64,000 nucleotides of DNA from NCBI GenBank assembly GCA_047602425.1, contig JASGHG010000001.1, forward strand, positions 1,408,001 through 1,472,000, in the 5' to 3' direction. The notes under the pieces were generated by a model, which was not told the DNA's origin, made no database searches, and was given only the letters and a program-made list of their open reading frames with translations. Position 1 is the stretch's first letter; each line of letters begins with the position of its first letter. Positions 49,717-60,193 of this stretch are shown here, piece by piece. Both the position numbers and the translations under genes were made by a program. This DNA is from Nibricoccus sp. Lineage in GTDB: Bacteria > Verrucomicrobiota > Verrucomicrobiia > Opitutales > Opitutaceae.

Positions 49717-49979
49717 GCGGAATATCGGGGAATGCGCCTATTCGATTTTGGGAAAAAGCAATACCCCTGAAACCCTACCTCTGGAAAGACGCGGAAGCTA
49801 AAAGACTTCCGCGATTTTAACAATTCCCTAACCAGAGAATTGGCTCCAGTTTTACCGGCTTTTGCCGTCAATTCGCGATATTAGACTTGGATATTTTTTC
49901 AAGTCTGCCGTATTTACAGTTACTCCTAACTACAAGCGACAGCTAGTACCCTCAGTCGTTCTCACCCCCTCTTGTCGCC

Positions 49980-50174
49980 ATGCCCCTCCAGCCCGTCAGT
50001 TCATTCCGAAAGCTCAGCAGACTCCTGTCAGCCGTCCTCCTCTTCGCCCTTTTAACCAATGGCGCAGTCGCCGCCACCGTGCAGCCGACCTTCGGCGCCG
50101 GTTCGCTCGATGATTGGCTTGCACTCGGTCTCGCTATGCTTGCAGCGCTTTATTGCGTGCAAAAGCGGGAGTAA
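49980..50174 (+). CDS. Small protein: signal peptide plus GlyGly-CTERM-like tail
   Basis: LLFALLTNGAVA then GAGSLDDWLALGLAMLAALYCVQKRE. Confidence 0.5.
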   Translation: MPLQPVSSFRKLSRLLSAVLLFALLTNGAVAATVQPTFGAGSLDDWLALGLAMLAALYCVQKRE

Positions 50175-50252
50175 ATTTTCTCCCGAATTCGGCTCGGTCC
50201 AACGAGTTTAGCTTTGCTGTTTTTCGGCTGCCACGTTTTGTAGGCAACCACT

Positions 50253-50525
50253 GTGAATCTTTCACCTCGGGATGACGAATCATTGATCACGGGCGGCGAA
50301 ACCGTGGAAGAACTGCGTGATTTTATCGCCAGGATCTCAATTGAGTGCCCCGTGGGCCGGGTTCATACCAGATGTCCGTTCAATATGTTTGGCCTGCTCA
50401 ATCCGCAGGTTAGGCAAAATCTCATTCGAGATATGTCGATTGAGGCCTGTCAGCACTTCTTCGAGTTGGAACTCGAATGTCGCGCCACGCCCGATTGCGC
50501 GCAGCATATAAAAACCGCGCGCTAG
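50253..50525 (+). CDS. Small Cys-containing hypothetical protein
   Basis: 90 aa ORF with ECP...CPF and further Cys residues. Confidence 0.5.
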   Translation: MNLSPRDDESLITGGETVEELRDFIARISIECPVGRVHTRCPFNMFGLLNPQVRQNLIRDMSIEACQHFFELELECRATPDCAQHIKTAR

Positions 50526-50535
50526 GAGCTTACGC

Positions 50536-50991
50536 TCAAATCCCGGACGGCGGCAGCAGTTGCACGATCGCGCAGAGCCGCGAAGCGTCGGTGGTGAGTT
50601 TCTCGCAGATCCAAACGCGAATATTCCAACTCACGCCGCCCACATCTGCCACACCTGTGGCCTTGGTGGGAAATTTTTTCAAAGGCGATCCGCGCAGATG
50701 CGGAAAACGCGCCAAGGGCACATAACGTGGGCCATGGTATTTTCCGCGCACCCGGTAGTCGAGGCAGCCGACTTTCAAACCTTCTTCGCATTCGTCGAAC
50801 ACGATGTCCTTCAACGCGTGCTCCATCGCGCACCAGACCGACCAGGCAAGGATGTCTTCGAGGGTGGAAACCGCAGTGGGCTGGGCCGGTGGCGCGTCGA
50901 AAATAAAATGGAAGTTTTTCACGGAAGTGGCTTTGAGTTTTGCCAGCCCGAAATCGCCCCGAGGGACTTTCCGCGCCGACATCACTTCCAT
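50536..50991 (-). CDS. Hypothetical protein
   Basis: 151 aa ORF downstream of pgl; no recognised motif. Confidence 0.5.
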   Translation of the reverse strand: MEVMSARKVPRGDFGLAKLKATSVKNFHFIFDAPPAQPTAVSTLEDILAWSVWCAMEHALKDIVFDECEEGLKVGCLDYRVRGKYHGPRYVPLARFPHLRGSPLKKFPTKATGVADVGGVSWNIRVWICEKLTTDASRLCAIVQLLPPSGI

Positions 50992-51043
50992 CGGTCGAAA
51001 CCGCCGCCAACTTTAGCCCCGATCCGAAGGCTTTTAGTAAGGT

Positions 51044-51778
51044 TTATACCCCGGCCGCCGCAGCGTCGTCTATTAGCCAGACCACACGCTCGCGCCACTG
51101 ACGCACTTGTTGCACCGGCGTTTGCAGGGGCTGGTAGGCTCCCGTGAGGACCTGTTTGAGCATCGCGGCCTTGGCCGCGCCCAGCGCCATGATGACTATC
51201 AATCCGCAGGCCGCCAATCCCGTCGGGGTGATTGTCAAACGCCAGCCTTTGCCGGGAACGTCGACCGCCGTGAAAAGACGGCCGCCATCGTTCTTGACCA
51301 ATTCGCTGCCCGGAAAAATCGACGCGGTGTGGCCGTCATCGCCCATGCCGAGAAAACAAACATCGTACGTACGGCCTTCGCCGACACGCTCATCCCACGC
51401 GACCGCGTACGAGGCCGCCGCTTCGCCCGGCAATTTCTCGACCGGCCAGGGGTGCTGTTGCGTGGCGGCAACCTGCAAGGGCTCCAACAACTCCCTCAGG
51501 GCATTGCCAAAATTGCTCTGATTGCTGTGCAACGGCACGCAACGTTCATCGCTCACCGTAAAATGCGTGGTGCGCAAAAATGCCTCCGGAAATTTCCGGC
51601 CGGCCACGCACCAGCGATACCACTCCTGCGGAGTCGAACCACCCGTCAGGGCCAGATTGAAAGTCGGCGAAACCGTCCTCGCCTGCCGGTCCACGGCCAG
51701 CTCGACGGCCTTGGCAAACAGTTCTTCGCGTGTGCCCACGATCAGGCGCCCGTAACCGGTGGTGGTTTCTTTTGTCAT
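51044..51778 (-). CDS. pgl: 6-phosphogluconolactonase
   Basis: LALTGGSTP, DERCVP..SN, LGMGDDGHTASIFP. Confidence 0.92.
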   Translation of the reverse strand: MTKETTTGYGRLIVGTREELFAKAVELAVDRQARTVSPTFNLALTGGSTPQEWYRWCVAGRKFPEAFLRTTHFTVSDERCVPLHSNQSNFGNALRELLEPLQVAATQQHPWPVEKLPGEAAASYAVAWDERVGEGRTYDVCFLGMGDDGHTASIFPGSELVKNDGGRLFTAVDVPGKGWRLTITPTGLAACGLIVIMALGAAKAAMLKQVLTGAYQPLQTPVQQVRQWRERVVWLIDDAAAAGV

Positions 51779-51779
51779 G

Positions 51780-52769
51780 TCAGAAAAACATCGCCTCGCT
51801 GAGCGCCGCGTCGCGCTTGAGCAGGCTGACCGCAATGTTCAGGGTCGAGCGTCCAGCGCCAAAATCGGCCTCGATGCTCGCGTGATTTTGCGAGAAATCG
51901 GCGTGCCAGCGGAAATAATGGCCGTTGCTGTATTCAAAATCCAACTTCAACGCGCTCTCCCCGTTCGCCGGCAGCGACTCGGTCGTGAAACCGACCGCCG
52001 CGACCGCGCCGCCGCATCCGCTCAAACGCTCGCGCGTCCACGCCAGCAATGCCCGCGCTTCCGCGGCGAGTTTTTGACTGTGCGTCACTTTCACGAACCG
52101 CAGGCCATCGACCAGCAAGGCCGGAGCGTAGCCGCTGAGCAGCTGTCCGACCGATTGTCGCACCGGCAACAAACGGGCCGCCACCAGATCGCGGACCACC
52201 TCGGGCCGCGGCCAGGCAAAGTTGAAGATCTCCGGATCGGCAATCGAAGAATCGATCAGGATGCGGTGGGAACGGCGCAGCAGGTGTTGGTAATCGTTTA
52301 ACCGATGAATAGAGGTAAAACGATGCACCCAGTAATAAAGCGGCAGGTCGGCGATCAGGCAGACCGAGAGCTGGCTTTCCAGGTACTTGCGGGCCGCAAA
52401 GGGATAGCTCAGCAGCACGAATTCGCAGCAACGCGTATCGCCCTTGGTCTTGCCGAGATGGCACTCTCCGTAAATCTTCGCGCGCATCTCCGTGCTGGGA
52501 TCGTCCATCGGCAGCGGGCAAAGTACGACCACGCGGCAGGGTGCACGTTGTGAAAACAAGACGGCCGTGCCGAACTGGCGGACCGCGTCCTCGATCGTTG
52601 TGCCAAAGCCGAGGTGCAGCACAAAGTTGACCTGCGTGGCTTTCACGTCGTCGGCCGCGGGAGCAGGGTCGCCGTGTTCCGCCGTATCCAGCCACCACGT
52701 GGCCAGGCTCTTGGCAATCGATCCCACTGGAACTTCGATGCCGGGAAGTGCGTCGAAAATTTTCGCCAT
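51780..52769 (-). CDS. opcA: Glucose-6-phosphate dehydrogenase assembly protein OpcA
   Basis: Lies between zwf and pgl; PCRVVVL, CCEFV, L.ADLPLYYW, LIDS, DL...RL.P.R. Confidence 0.85.
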   Translation of the reverse strand: MAKIFDALPGIEVPVGSIAKSLATWWLDTAEHGDPAPAADDVKATQVNFVLHLGFGTTIEDAVRQFGTAVLFSQRAPCRVVVLCPLPMDDPSTEMRAKIYGECHLGKTKGDTRCCEFVLLSYPFAARKYLESQLSVCLIADLPLYYWVHRFTSIHRLNDYQHLLRRSHRILIDSSIADPEIFNFAWPRPEVVRDLVAARLLPVRQSVGQLLSGYAPALLVDGLRFVKVTHSQKLAAEARALLAWTRERLSGCGGAVAAVGFTTESLPANGESALKLDFEYSNGHYFRWHADFSQNHASIEADFGAGRSTLNIAVSLLKRDAALSEAMFF

Positions 52770-52785
52770 GATCGTTCCGCGCGGG

Positions 52786-54324
52786 TTATGGCTGGCGCCA
52801 GGTATGTTTGCCGGCAGCAAGTAGTTCGTCCGCACAAGCCGGTCCCCAGGAGCCGGCGGCATAGCTGCCCATACCTTCGCGCCCGGCGGCCGCCCAGGCT
52901 TCGAGCACCGGCGTGTAAAGCGCCCAGGAGGTTTCGGCTTCGTCGCCGCGGATGAACAAAGTGCCATCGCCAATCATCGCGTCGAGCACCAGCCGCTCGT
53001 AGGCCTCGGGCGTGTTGGAGCCGAAGGTCGTGCTGTAGCGGAAATTCATTTTCACCGGCTGCATGCGCGTTTCGAGGCCGGGAACCTTGCCGTTGAGGAC
53101 GAGGCTCAGCCCTTCGTCGGGCTGGATTTGGAAAGCGAGCGTGTTGGCCGCGAGATTGAACTTGTCGCTTTCGGCAAACAACGTGCCCGGCGGACGTTTG
53201 AACTGTATCGCGATTTCCGATACGCGTCGCGCCATGCACTTGCCCGAGCGGATGTAGAATGGCACGCCCTGCCACCGCCAGTTGTTGATCGCCAGCCTCA
53301 TGGCCGCGTAGGTCTCGGTGTTCGATTGGGGATTGATGCCGCTTTCCTCGAGATAACCTTTCACCATCTTCCCGCCCATCATGCCCGCGGCGTATTGCGC
53401 ACGGCAAACGTCGCCGCCCGCGCCGAGTTTCAGCGGCTGAATGGCCTTGAGCACCTTCACTTTTTCGTCGCGCACCGCCTCCGCATCGAGCGAGACCGGA
53501 GGTTCCATCGCGGTGAGCGCGACGAGTTGCATCGTGTGATTTTGAATCATGTCGCGCAGCGCGCCACTCTGTTCGTAATAACCGCCGCGCGTGCCAACGC
53601 CGACTTCTTCCGCCACAGAAATCTGCACGGACTCGATGAAATTGCGGTTCCACAAGGGCTCGAAAATCGCATTGGCGAAACGCTGCACCAGCAAATCCTG
53701 CACGGTTTCTTTGCCGAGGTAATGATCGATGCGATAAACTTGGTGCTCCTCAAGCACAGAGCGGATCGTGGTGTTGAGAGCGCGCGCGGATGCAAGATCG
53801 CGGCCAAAGGGTTTTTCAATGATGACCTTCGATTGATGCCGCTTTCCGAGATAACGCCCCGCCAGGCCGCTGGCGCCGAGATTGATCAGGATCGGCGCGA
53901 ACACCGACGGCGGCGTCGAAATATAAAACAGCGTCTGCACCTCGCGGCCGATCTTCGTCTCGATCGCCGTGATGTGTTTGGCCAGCCGGTCGAAGGCCTC
54001 GCGTTCGTCGTAACCGCCCGCGACGTAACTCGTGTGTTCGGCGATGCGCTTCCACACGTCGGCGTTCAACTCGCGGCGGGAAAACTCCTTGATCGCGTCC
54101 GCGGCCAGCTGGCGAAATTCCTCATCGGGAATCGGTTTGCGGCCATAGCCCACGAGGAAAAAGTCCGCCGGCAACAAGTTGTCATAACCAAGATTGAAGA
54201 CGGCCGGGATGAGCTTGCGCGCGGTCAGATCGCCCGATGCGCCAAAAATAACCACCACGGTGGGCGGCGCGCCGCGGTGTTTGCTGAGGCCTTGCAGGAA
54301 AGGATGGCGTGGTGAGTCGGACAT
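52786..54324 (-). CDS. zwf: Glucose-6-phosphate 1-dehydrogenase
   Basis: FGASGDL..RKL.P, EKPFG, RIDHYLGKETVQ, RDMIQNH. Confidence 0.97.
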   Translation of the reverse strand: MSDSPRHPFLQGLSKHRGAPPTVVVIFGASGDLTARKLIPAVFNLGYDNLLPADFFLVGYGRKPIPDEEFRQLAADAIKEFSRRELNADVWKRIAEHTSYVAGGYDEREAFDRLAKHITAIETKIGREVQTLFYISTPPSVFAPILINLGASGLAGRYLGKRHQSKVIIEKPFGRDLASARALNTTIRSVLEEHQVYRIDHYLGKETVQDLLVQRFANAIFEPLWNRNFIESVQISVAEEVGVGTRGGYYEQSGALRDMIQNHTMQLVALTAMEPPVSLDAEAVRDEKVKVLKAIQPLKLGAGGDVCRAQYAAGMMGGKMVKGYLEESGINPQSNTETYAAMRLAINNWRWQGVPFYIRSGKCMARRVSEIAIQFKRPPGTLFAESDKFNLAANTLAFQIQPDEGLSLVLNGKVPGLETRMQPVKMNFRYSTTFGSNTPEAYERLVLDAMIGDGTLFIRGDEAETSWALYTPVLEAWAAAGREGMGSYAAGSWGPACADELLAAGKHTWRQP

Positions 54325-54472
54325 GAGCTGGTTAAAAGTGCTGGCGGGATGAAACAGTAAATCAGCCGCATTTCATGCATGAATGATGCCGTAACGGTGA
54401 ATATTTTTCATCATCTTGATCTACTTCATCGATACACGCCCGCCCGGGATTGGCAAATGGCGAAACGATTTC

Positions 54473-54913
54473 TCAGCCATGCCCGTTCGAAAACAGCGGA
54501 ATATTCTCGTAATGCCTAACCACCGGCTCATCGCCAGCCACCGCGCGCTGCACTTCGACAATGTCAAAACGGTAGGTCCGGGGCTGCTTCCGCTCGCCGA
54601 GGCGCCGGAGATAATCCGTGCACGCTCGCAGCATCACCCGCTTCTTGGCCTTGTCGACCGCATGATAGCCCGACACCAGGGCATCGCCCGCACGCGTTTT
54701 CACCTCGACGAAAACCAAAACCTCACCGTCCCGGCAAACGAGGTCGATCTCATCGCGGCGGTCGCGAGGACTGCGCCAGTTGCGCGCGACGATTTTAAAG
54801 CCGCTGTTCTTTTTCAGAAACGCCGCAGCCAGTCGCTCGCCTTCCAAGCCGGCGCGGGCGTTGGCATTGCGCGCAATTCTCGCTTCCCACCAATTTTTAA
54901 CAAGGGACCACAT
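54473..54913 (-). CDS. YraN family (UPF0102) protein
   Basis: G..GE..A..FL, RNWR, EIDLV, LVFVEVKTR, RFDIV. Confidence 0.9.
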   Translation of the reverse strand: MWSLVKNWWEARIARNANARAGLEGERLAAAFLKKNSGFKIVARNWRSPRDRRDEIDLVCRDGEVLVFVEVKTRAGDALVSGYHAVDKAKKRVMLRACTDYLRRLGERKQPRTYRFDIVEVQRAVAGDEPVVRHYENIPLFSNGHG

Positions 54914-55035
54914 CGGCCTTCATGAGGCAGTACGGGACGCAGTCTGACAAGCCTGTTTGCCGAGTGGAATTTGCACAACGGTTGCGCTATTGTACCAATT
55001 GACACCGTCAATTGAGATTTTGGCGCGGCAGCGCC

Positions 55036-55121
55036 GGTAGGGACGACCCGCCGGGTCGTCCGCCTACGCCGCCCGTGATGGATCCAGTCGAAAACGGTCG
55101 GCCCGGCGGGCCAACCCTACC
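55036..55121. repeat. GTAG-type REP doublet
   Basis: GGTAGGGACGACCCGCCGGGTCGTCC ... GGTCGGCCCGGCGGGCCAACCCTACC. Confidence 0.7.
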
Positions 55122-55144
55122 TTTAGCAAACGAATAAATGGTAT

Positions 55145-55187
55145 AAAAAAAAGGCTTCCGGTCATCGCGCTTGATGAACCGGAAGCC
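55145..55187 (-). terminator. Intrinsic terminator of ECF operon
   Basis: A-tract plus GGCTTCCGG...CCGGAAGCC hairpin. Confidence 0.75.
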
Positions 55188-55210
55188 CGCACCAAACCCT
55201 CGAAGATCAA

Positions 55211-56125
55211 TCAGGACGCGCTATCTTCGTCGAACGACAGCTCAAATGGTTCGGGCATCTCCCCGTTGCCGTGGATGGTCGTCGCGGAACTCCGGAAGCC
55301 CGGTTTCGGCGGCAGGGGCGGCGCGGGTATGCGCACATCGGTCGATTCCATTTTCTCAAGCCGTTCGCGCACTTCCTGCGGCATGGCTTTGCGTTGGTCC
55401 GGAGTATCGACTGGGCCCGAAAAGATTACTTCGTTTTTGTCATTTCGAGCGGTTAGGAATTTCTTGCCGTCCTTGTGGCTGACCTCAAGCCGACCCTTGC
55501 CGTCTTCGAAAACCATCACGGCGTCCTTGTGCTCGATTTTGGAAATCCTCATTTCGCCCGGGTGAACTTCACGAAATGCGAGGGTCGATGGGCCAAATGG
55601 CTCGCCTGCTGTGCGAGCGAAAAACTTGTTTTTGTTCGGAGGCAATTTCAACCCTGCCTCGGTCACCTGATGTTTGGCCAACTTCACGCGAGCCGTCTGC
55701 TGCTTGCCGGCGCGGTAGTAGGTTAAAGTTACCTCGTCGCCTTCCTTGTGCGAGCGAACCAACACGCCGAGCTGCCGCGACTCAATCAACACTTGATCGT
55801 CGAGCCGAACCAGCACGTCGTGCACGTTCAACACACCCGCCGCCGGTCCATCCGGAACTACTTCTACGACGACAAGACCTGTTTCCTTGGGCATTTGGAG
55901 TTGCGCCGCGACCGCATCGTCGGCGTTGCGCGTCACGAGGCCGATAAAGGTCACTTCCTGCATCGGCGCGGAAGCGTGTTTAATCTGCACGCCTCTTTCT
56001 TCACGCACAACGCTCGCCGTGGGCAATGCGGTTTCAGCGGCCCAAGCAGTGACGGTCAATGGTATCGCGAGCAATAAAACTATCTTGGAGATGGTTCGTT
56101 TCATAATGAATGGATTCGTTTTCAT
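55211..56125 (-). CDS. Exported PDZ-domain protein
   Basis: Signal peptide; FIGL, GLVVVEVVPDGPAAGVL..HDVL, VTLTYYRAGK. Confidence 0.85.
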   Translation of the reverse strand: MKTNPFIMKRTISKIVLLLAIPLTVTAWAAETALPTASVVREERGVQIKHASAPMQEVTFIGLVTRNADDAVAAQLQMPKETGLVVVEVVPDGPAAGVLNVHDVLVRLDDQVLIESRQLGVLVRSHKEGDEVTLTYYRAGKQQTARVKLAKHQVTEAGLKLPPNKNKFFARTAGEPFGPSTLAFREVHPGEMRISKIEHKDAVMVFEDGKGRLEVSHKDGKKFLTARNDKNEVIFSGPVDTPDQRKAMPQEVRERLEKMESTDVRIPAPPLPPKPGFRSSATTIHGNGEMPEPFELSFDEDSAS

Positions 56126-56131
56126 GGTAAA

Positions 56132-56554
56132 TTAGTAAGCCACGAGGGGCACGATGCGCAGTTCTTCGCGCGGCGTGGTCATCGTCAGGGTTCGGCCGCC
56201 GCCGCTCCAACGGACGGTGTCCATATATTGAATACGCGTCCGCCAGACCGTGGAGCCGTCGGCCAGCTTCACCACACCGTCCTCATGCGTGTCGCGCATT
56301 TCGTTTTCGATCGCCACCGGATTCAGCGCGGCGCCGGCAGGTGCGGTTTGCATCAAACCCGCCGCCAGCACCAATGCCGCCGCCACACCGGAGACCGCGA
56401 GCATGCGCCAGACACCCCGCCAGCCATCCGCCTTTGACGCTCTTTTCAGTCCAGCCGCCACCTTCGCTTCACAAAGCTCCGAAGGGGCCCGAGGACACAA
56501 CCGTTTCAATTCGTCTTCCAGTTCGTGTAATGGGTAGTTCATGGCAGCGGACAT
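56132..56554 (-). CDS. Putative anti-sigma factor (single TM)
   Basis: LEDELKRL.P..P N-terminus, AAALVLA TM, directly after the ECF sigma. Confidence 0.65.
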   Translation of the reverse strand: MSAAMNYPLHELEDELKRLCPRAPSELCEAKVAAGLKRASKADGWRGVWRMLAVSGVAAALVLAAGLMQTAPAGAALNPVAIENEMRDTHEDGVVKLADGSTVWRTRIQYMDTVRWSGGGRTLTMTTPREELRIVPLVAY

Positions 56555-57060
56555 TTGTCGGTAACGAGAAGTTCGCGCAGCGCCATCAGAGCGTAACGGT
56601 AACGCGAAGCCGCGGTGTTGGGCGAAAGACCCAGTTGCGCCCCGATTTCCTCAAACGTGCGCTCGCCCCAAATTTTGAGCACAAGCACCTCGCGCAGCTT
56701 TTCGGGGAGTTGTCGAATAGCGGCTTCGATGGCAACGCGGCGATCGTCGTTTTCGCCCAACGTTTCAAAAAGCCCGAAATCGCCGCCTGCTGGTTCGGCT
56801 TCGGCCGTGAGCTCACGCTGGGCCCGCCGGAGATTGCGTCGCGCCAGATCCACCGCCGCGCGGCGGATCGAGGCAAACAACAAACCCAGCGGCTCTCCTC
56901 CGAGCTTGCGCTGGTGTTTCCAAAACCGCACGAAGGCCTCCTGCACGACATCCTCCGCGTCGATCCGGGTGCGTGTGGTCTGGCGGGCGAAGAGCAAAAG
57001 CTTGGGCCCATGCTGACGAAACCAGTCCTTCCAGGATTCATGTTGAGACGTATCCTCCAT
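56539..57060 (-). CDS. ECF RNA polymerase sigma factor
   Basis: DAEDVVQEAF, LPEKLREVLVLK..TFEEIG..LG.S.NTAASRYRYA. Confidence 0.92.
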   Translation of the reverse strand: MEDTSQHESWKDWFRQHGPKLLLFARQTTRTRIDAEDVVQEAFVRFWKHQRKLGGEPLGLLFASIRRAAVDLARRNLRRAQRELTAEAEPAGGDFGLFETLGENDDRRVAIEAAIRQLPEKLREVLVLKIWGERTFEEIGAQLGLSPNTAASRYRYALMALRELLVTDKCPLP

Positions 57061-57247
57061 TCGTTGGCGGTTGTTGGGTTGAGCGTTTGTTATTGTACAG
57101 AAGAACGCGCCACAGACGTCCAAATTTGTCTGTGCCTGCGAAGAAAATCTACGACCCCACACCCCGCCCCAAGTTTCGTACCCATCCCGCCCAAAAGATC
57201 TTTCTCTTTCTCGTAATCTTTCTCCCCGCCCAACCGCGTGGCGCAGC

Positions 57248-57664
57248 CTATACGCGACCCACCCACCGCAACAACCGCTTCACCAATCGCGGCGTATTCT
57301 TCTTCGTCAGTTCGTGTTCCCAAATCCGCAGTACCCGCCAGCCGGCTTTGCGAAGCGTGCGGTCGACCCGTCGGTCACGCTGAATGTTTCCAAGAATCTT
57401 CGTGGTCCAAAAAGCCTCATTCTGTTTAGGCCATGTCGCATGTTTCGGACAGCCATGCCAGAAACAGCCGTCAACAAATACAGCCAGCTTTAATTTCGGA
57501 AAAACAAAGTCAGGCCTGCCGATCAGCTTCGATCCTCGCCGCCAGCCTGTAATCTCATTCACTCTAAAAACCACCACTAACCGCAGCTCAGTATCTTTAT
57601 TTCCCTTCCCGCGTATGCGTCCCATTACCGCCGAGCGCTTGGTTTTGGTGAAGACGTCGGGCAT
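57248..57664 (-). CDS. vsr: Very short patch repair endonuclease Vsr
   Basis: D.F....RS..M..IR, GRPDF, FVDGCFWHGC, GWRVLRIWEHE. Confidence 0.95.
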   Translation of the reverse strand: MPDVFTKTKRSAVMGRIRGKGNKDTELRLVVVFRVNEITGWRRGSKLIGRPDFVFPKLKLAVFVDGCFWHGCPKHATWPKQNEAFWTTKILGNIQRDRRVDRTLRKAGWRVLRIWEHELTKKNTPRLVKRLLRWVGRV

Positions 57665-57670
57665 CGGCTT

Positions 57671-58840
57671 CTAGCACTCAACGCCATGTAGCTCACGAAC
57701 TTTGTTTATGAACCCGTCAACAGTAAGCATTCGGATTCCTGTACTGGCATCATATCCCTTGTGGTAAGGCTTCGGTACAACAAGGGTCACGTTTGCTTCG
57801 CGCATTTCCACGAGTTGATCAGACGAAATGGCTGCTTGGAGTGTCAGTAAATGTTTTTCCTTCACTCGCCTCCCCTCATTCAAAATTTGCCTCCACCGAT
57901 CTTTGCAGGTTGTCTTCAGACCGACAACGATCAGACGAGAAGCAGGGTACGAGACGTTATCATAAGCAGTTTTCCCGGGAATAAGCAGGTCGGGCTTTAC
58001 CTTGCCATCAATCCGAGCCTGCCGATCAAAAGGTAGTTTCTCTGCTCTAAGCAGTTCTTCAACATGATGCTCCAGACTATGACCAGCACGGGACTTTCTC
58101 CGGTTCATGACTGTAGCCGCCACAGTTATAAACTCATCAATATTCCCGAATTTTTTCCGAACGGAAGGCAGTGATATTTTTCGCTCCAGTGTACGAAAAA
58201 GTTGATATTCCGCTGCAATCCATTTGAGCAATCGGTCATCGGCAGAAGTCTTCGCTTGATCTCCCGCGCATTCATTAACCGCATCGCGTGCACGTGACGC
58301 CATCCATTGGCCAGTAGGGAAATCATCAAGCGGCTTTATTACTCCCGAAAAAACTCGATCGAGGCATTCATCTTCGGTTTCCGACTTCACCAGCCCTTTA
58401 TTAAACACCCCCCATTCGTCATAAATTTCGATTCCAAGTGATGCCTGTAACGTTTCGATTTCCTCCTCGGTTTCCAAAACATATGCGCTGAATTGACTAA
58501 GCGAAAATGGAATCAGTACCAACAAGCTACCCACAAAACTCTCGTGCAACCACGGGAAGTTTTTCCCGAAGCGAGTTAGACGGTATTCTTTTCGTGTTCC
58601 TTGACCATACCAAGTAACTACCGACTCGGTAATGATATGTTCAGGCCAATTGATTCGCACCAGAGATTTGTGATTGATTCCTTTGACAGGTCCGTTTTGC
58701 GAAAACATCCGCCATGCCGATTTGGGTAAATAGAAACCACACTGATGGGCGCCAGTGGCGCCAACATCATTTCTAGAAATAAACTTACAAAGAGCCTTAC
58801 CCACTTTAAGCGCGTCGGCGATAGCCTCTTCGAGTTGCAT
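57671..58840 (-). CDS. EcoRII-like type IIE restriction endonuclease
   Basis: N-terminal K.IS.ND.GATG.HQ.G.Y.P effector domain; C-terminal NRRKSRAG.SLE.H, KPD, KTTCKDRWRQILNE. Confidence 0.9.
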   Translation of the reverse strand: MQLEEAIADALKVGKALCKFISRNDVGATGAHQCGFYLPKSAWRMFSQNGPVKGINHKSLVRINWPEHIITESVVTWYGQGTRKEYRLTRFGKNFPWLHESFVGSLLVLIPFSLSQFSAYVLETEEEIETLQASLGIEIYDEWGVFNKGLVKSETEDECLDRVFSGVIKPLDDFPTGQWMASRARDAVNECAGDQAKTSADDRLLKWIAAEYQLFRTLERKISLPSVRKKFGNIDEFITVAATVMNRRKSRAGHSLEHHVEELLRAEKLPFDRQARIDGKVKPDLLIPGKTAYDNVSYPASRLIVVGLKTTCKDRWRQILNEGRRVKEKHLLTLQAAISSDQLVEMREANVTLVVPKPYHKGYDASTGIRMLTVDGFINKVRELHGVEC

Positions 58841-58844
58841 AATG

Positions 58845-59963
58845 TTATTTTTGTTTGGGAGATTTCGCGGCTTTCCCAGTTTTTTGGGCCTTCTTGTCCT
58901 CGTAGTGGTTTTGGGCGTCGGCCAAAATCAGATCAGGGACATAATCCGGTGCGCGGCTCAAAGATTGAACGACCGACTTTGCGATGCGTTCGACTACAGG
59001 CACCACAACTGAATTTCCAAACTGTCTGTATGCCTGCGTGTCTGAAACGGGAATTTTAAAACTTTCTGGATACCCCATGAGACGAGCGCATTCGCGGGGG
59101 GTAAGACGACGAGGAGGAGTTCTAGCACCTTGTGAGACCAATATTTCGGATCCGTCTTTGTAATACCGCGCGCTGAGCGTACGAGCAGTATCCTTGCCCG
59201 TCACCAAACCAAATCCAAAACCGTTGCCGGCATCCTGATGCTTTTTCGCATAGGACTGGAGATAAGACCAAAGATTTTCGGTGAGCGTGTATTTGTCAGG
59301 CACATCGCTTTGAAGGATCGAAGCCAGCTTGGGTTCAGTAGAAGGAAATGCGGGAAATTCGAAAAATCGGGGCTCGCGAAAGCCAACGAGAAAAATACGC
59401 TCACGGTGTTGAGGCACCACATTTCGAGCATCGATAATCTTGGTGTGGACCTGATAGCCGAGCCCACGAGTCAGCGTATCATGGATTACTGAAAATGTGC
59501 GTCCCTTATCATGGCTTTTGAGATTCTTGACGTTCTCCAGCACAAAGGCAGTTGGTTTGTGATAGTCGAGAATCTCAGCAATAGCGAAAAAGAGATTCCC
59601 CTGCTTCTCATCATCAAATCCATGTTTCCGGCCCAAGCTATTCTTCTTGGATACTCCAGCGAGACTGAATGGCTGACATGGAAAGCCTCCGCACAAAATA
59701 TCATGCGCAGGCACATCGGCAACAGCAACGGTATGGATATCACCATGCGGTTTTTCGCCAAAGTTAGCTGCATACGTTATCTGTGAGTGTATATCCCAAT
59801 CAGAGGAAAATACGCATTGTCCACCGGCTTTTTCGAAAGCAATGCGGAACCCGCCAATTCCACAGAAGAGATCGATAAATTTGAAAGGCTGTTTTGATTT
59901 TCCACCATAGAGAGATTGTTCTTCTGCAACTACAGTGGATGGACGACGACGGTATTTGGTCAT
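58845..59963 (-). CDS. dcm: DNA (cytosine-5) methyltransferase, Dcm/M.EcoRII-like (predicted CCWGG)
   Basis: [51 protein letters not shown]. Confidence 0.93.
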   Translation of the reverse strand: MTKYRRRPSTVVAEEQSLYGGKSKQPFKFIDLFCGIGGFRIAFEKAGGQCVFSSDWDIHSQITYAANFGEKPHGDIHTVAVADVPAHDILCGGFPCQPFSLAGVSKKNSLGRKHGFDDEKQGNLFFAIAEILDYHKPTAFVLENVKNLKSHDKGRTFSVIHDTLTRGLGYQVHTKIIDARNVVPQHRERIFLVGFREPRFFEFPAFPSTEPKLASILQSDVPDKYTLTENLWSYLQSYAKKHQDAGNGFGFGLVTGKDTARTLSARYYKDGSEILVSQGARTPPRRLTPRECARLMGYPESFKIPVSDTQAYRQFGNSVVVPVVERIAKSVVQSLSRAPDYVPDLILADAQNHYEDKKAQKTGKAAKSPKQK

Positions 59964-60187
59964 CGCTCGATCCCCTCGCAAAGCTCCGCGACCGAAGTTT
60001 TGAGCGCCTTGGCGAGACGCGTTGCACTGAGGATAGTGGGATTCCGCTCACCTCGTTCCACTCCTCCTACATAGGTGCGATCCAACTCGGCTTTTTCAGC
60101 CAAGGCCTCTTGTGAAAGATCGCGGGCTTCGCGTTTTGCGCGGACGTTATTTCCAAATCGTTTGAGGACGGGTTCTCGGACAGGCAT
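59960..60187 (-). CDS. XRE-type HTH controller (C) protein
   Basis: FG.NVR..R....[29 protein letters not shown]-box upstream. Confidence 0.88.
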   Translation of the reverse strand: MPVREPVLKRFGNNVRAKREARDLSQEALAEKAELDRTYVGGVERGERNPTILSATRLAKALKTSVAELCEGIER

Positions 60188-60193
60188 CGACCG

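Noticed and set aside
57196..57225. TCTTTC-rich tract as an att site of the R-M island
   Set aside because: No matching copy found at the other end of the island
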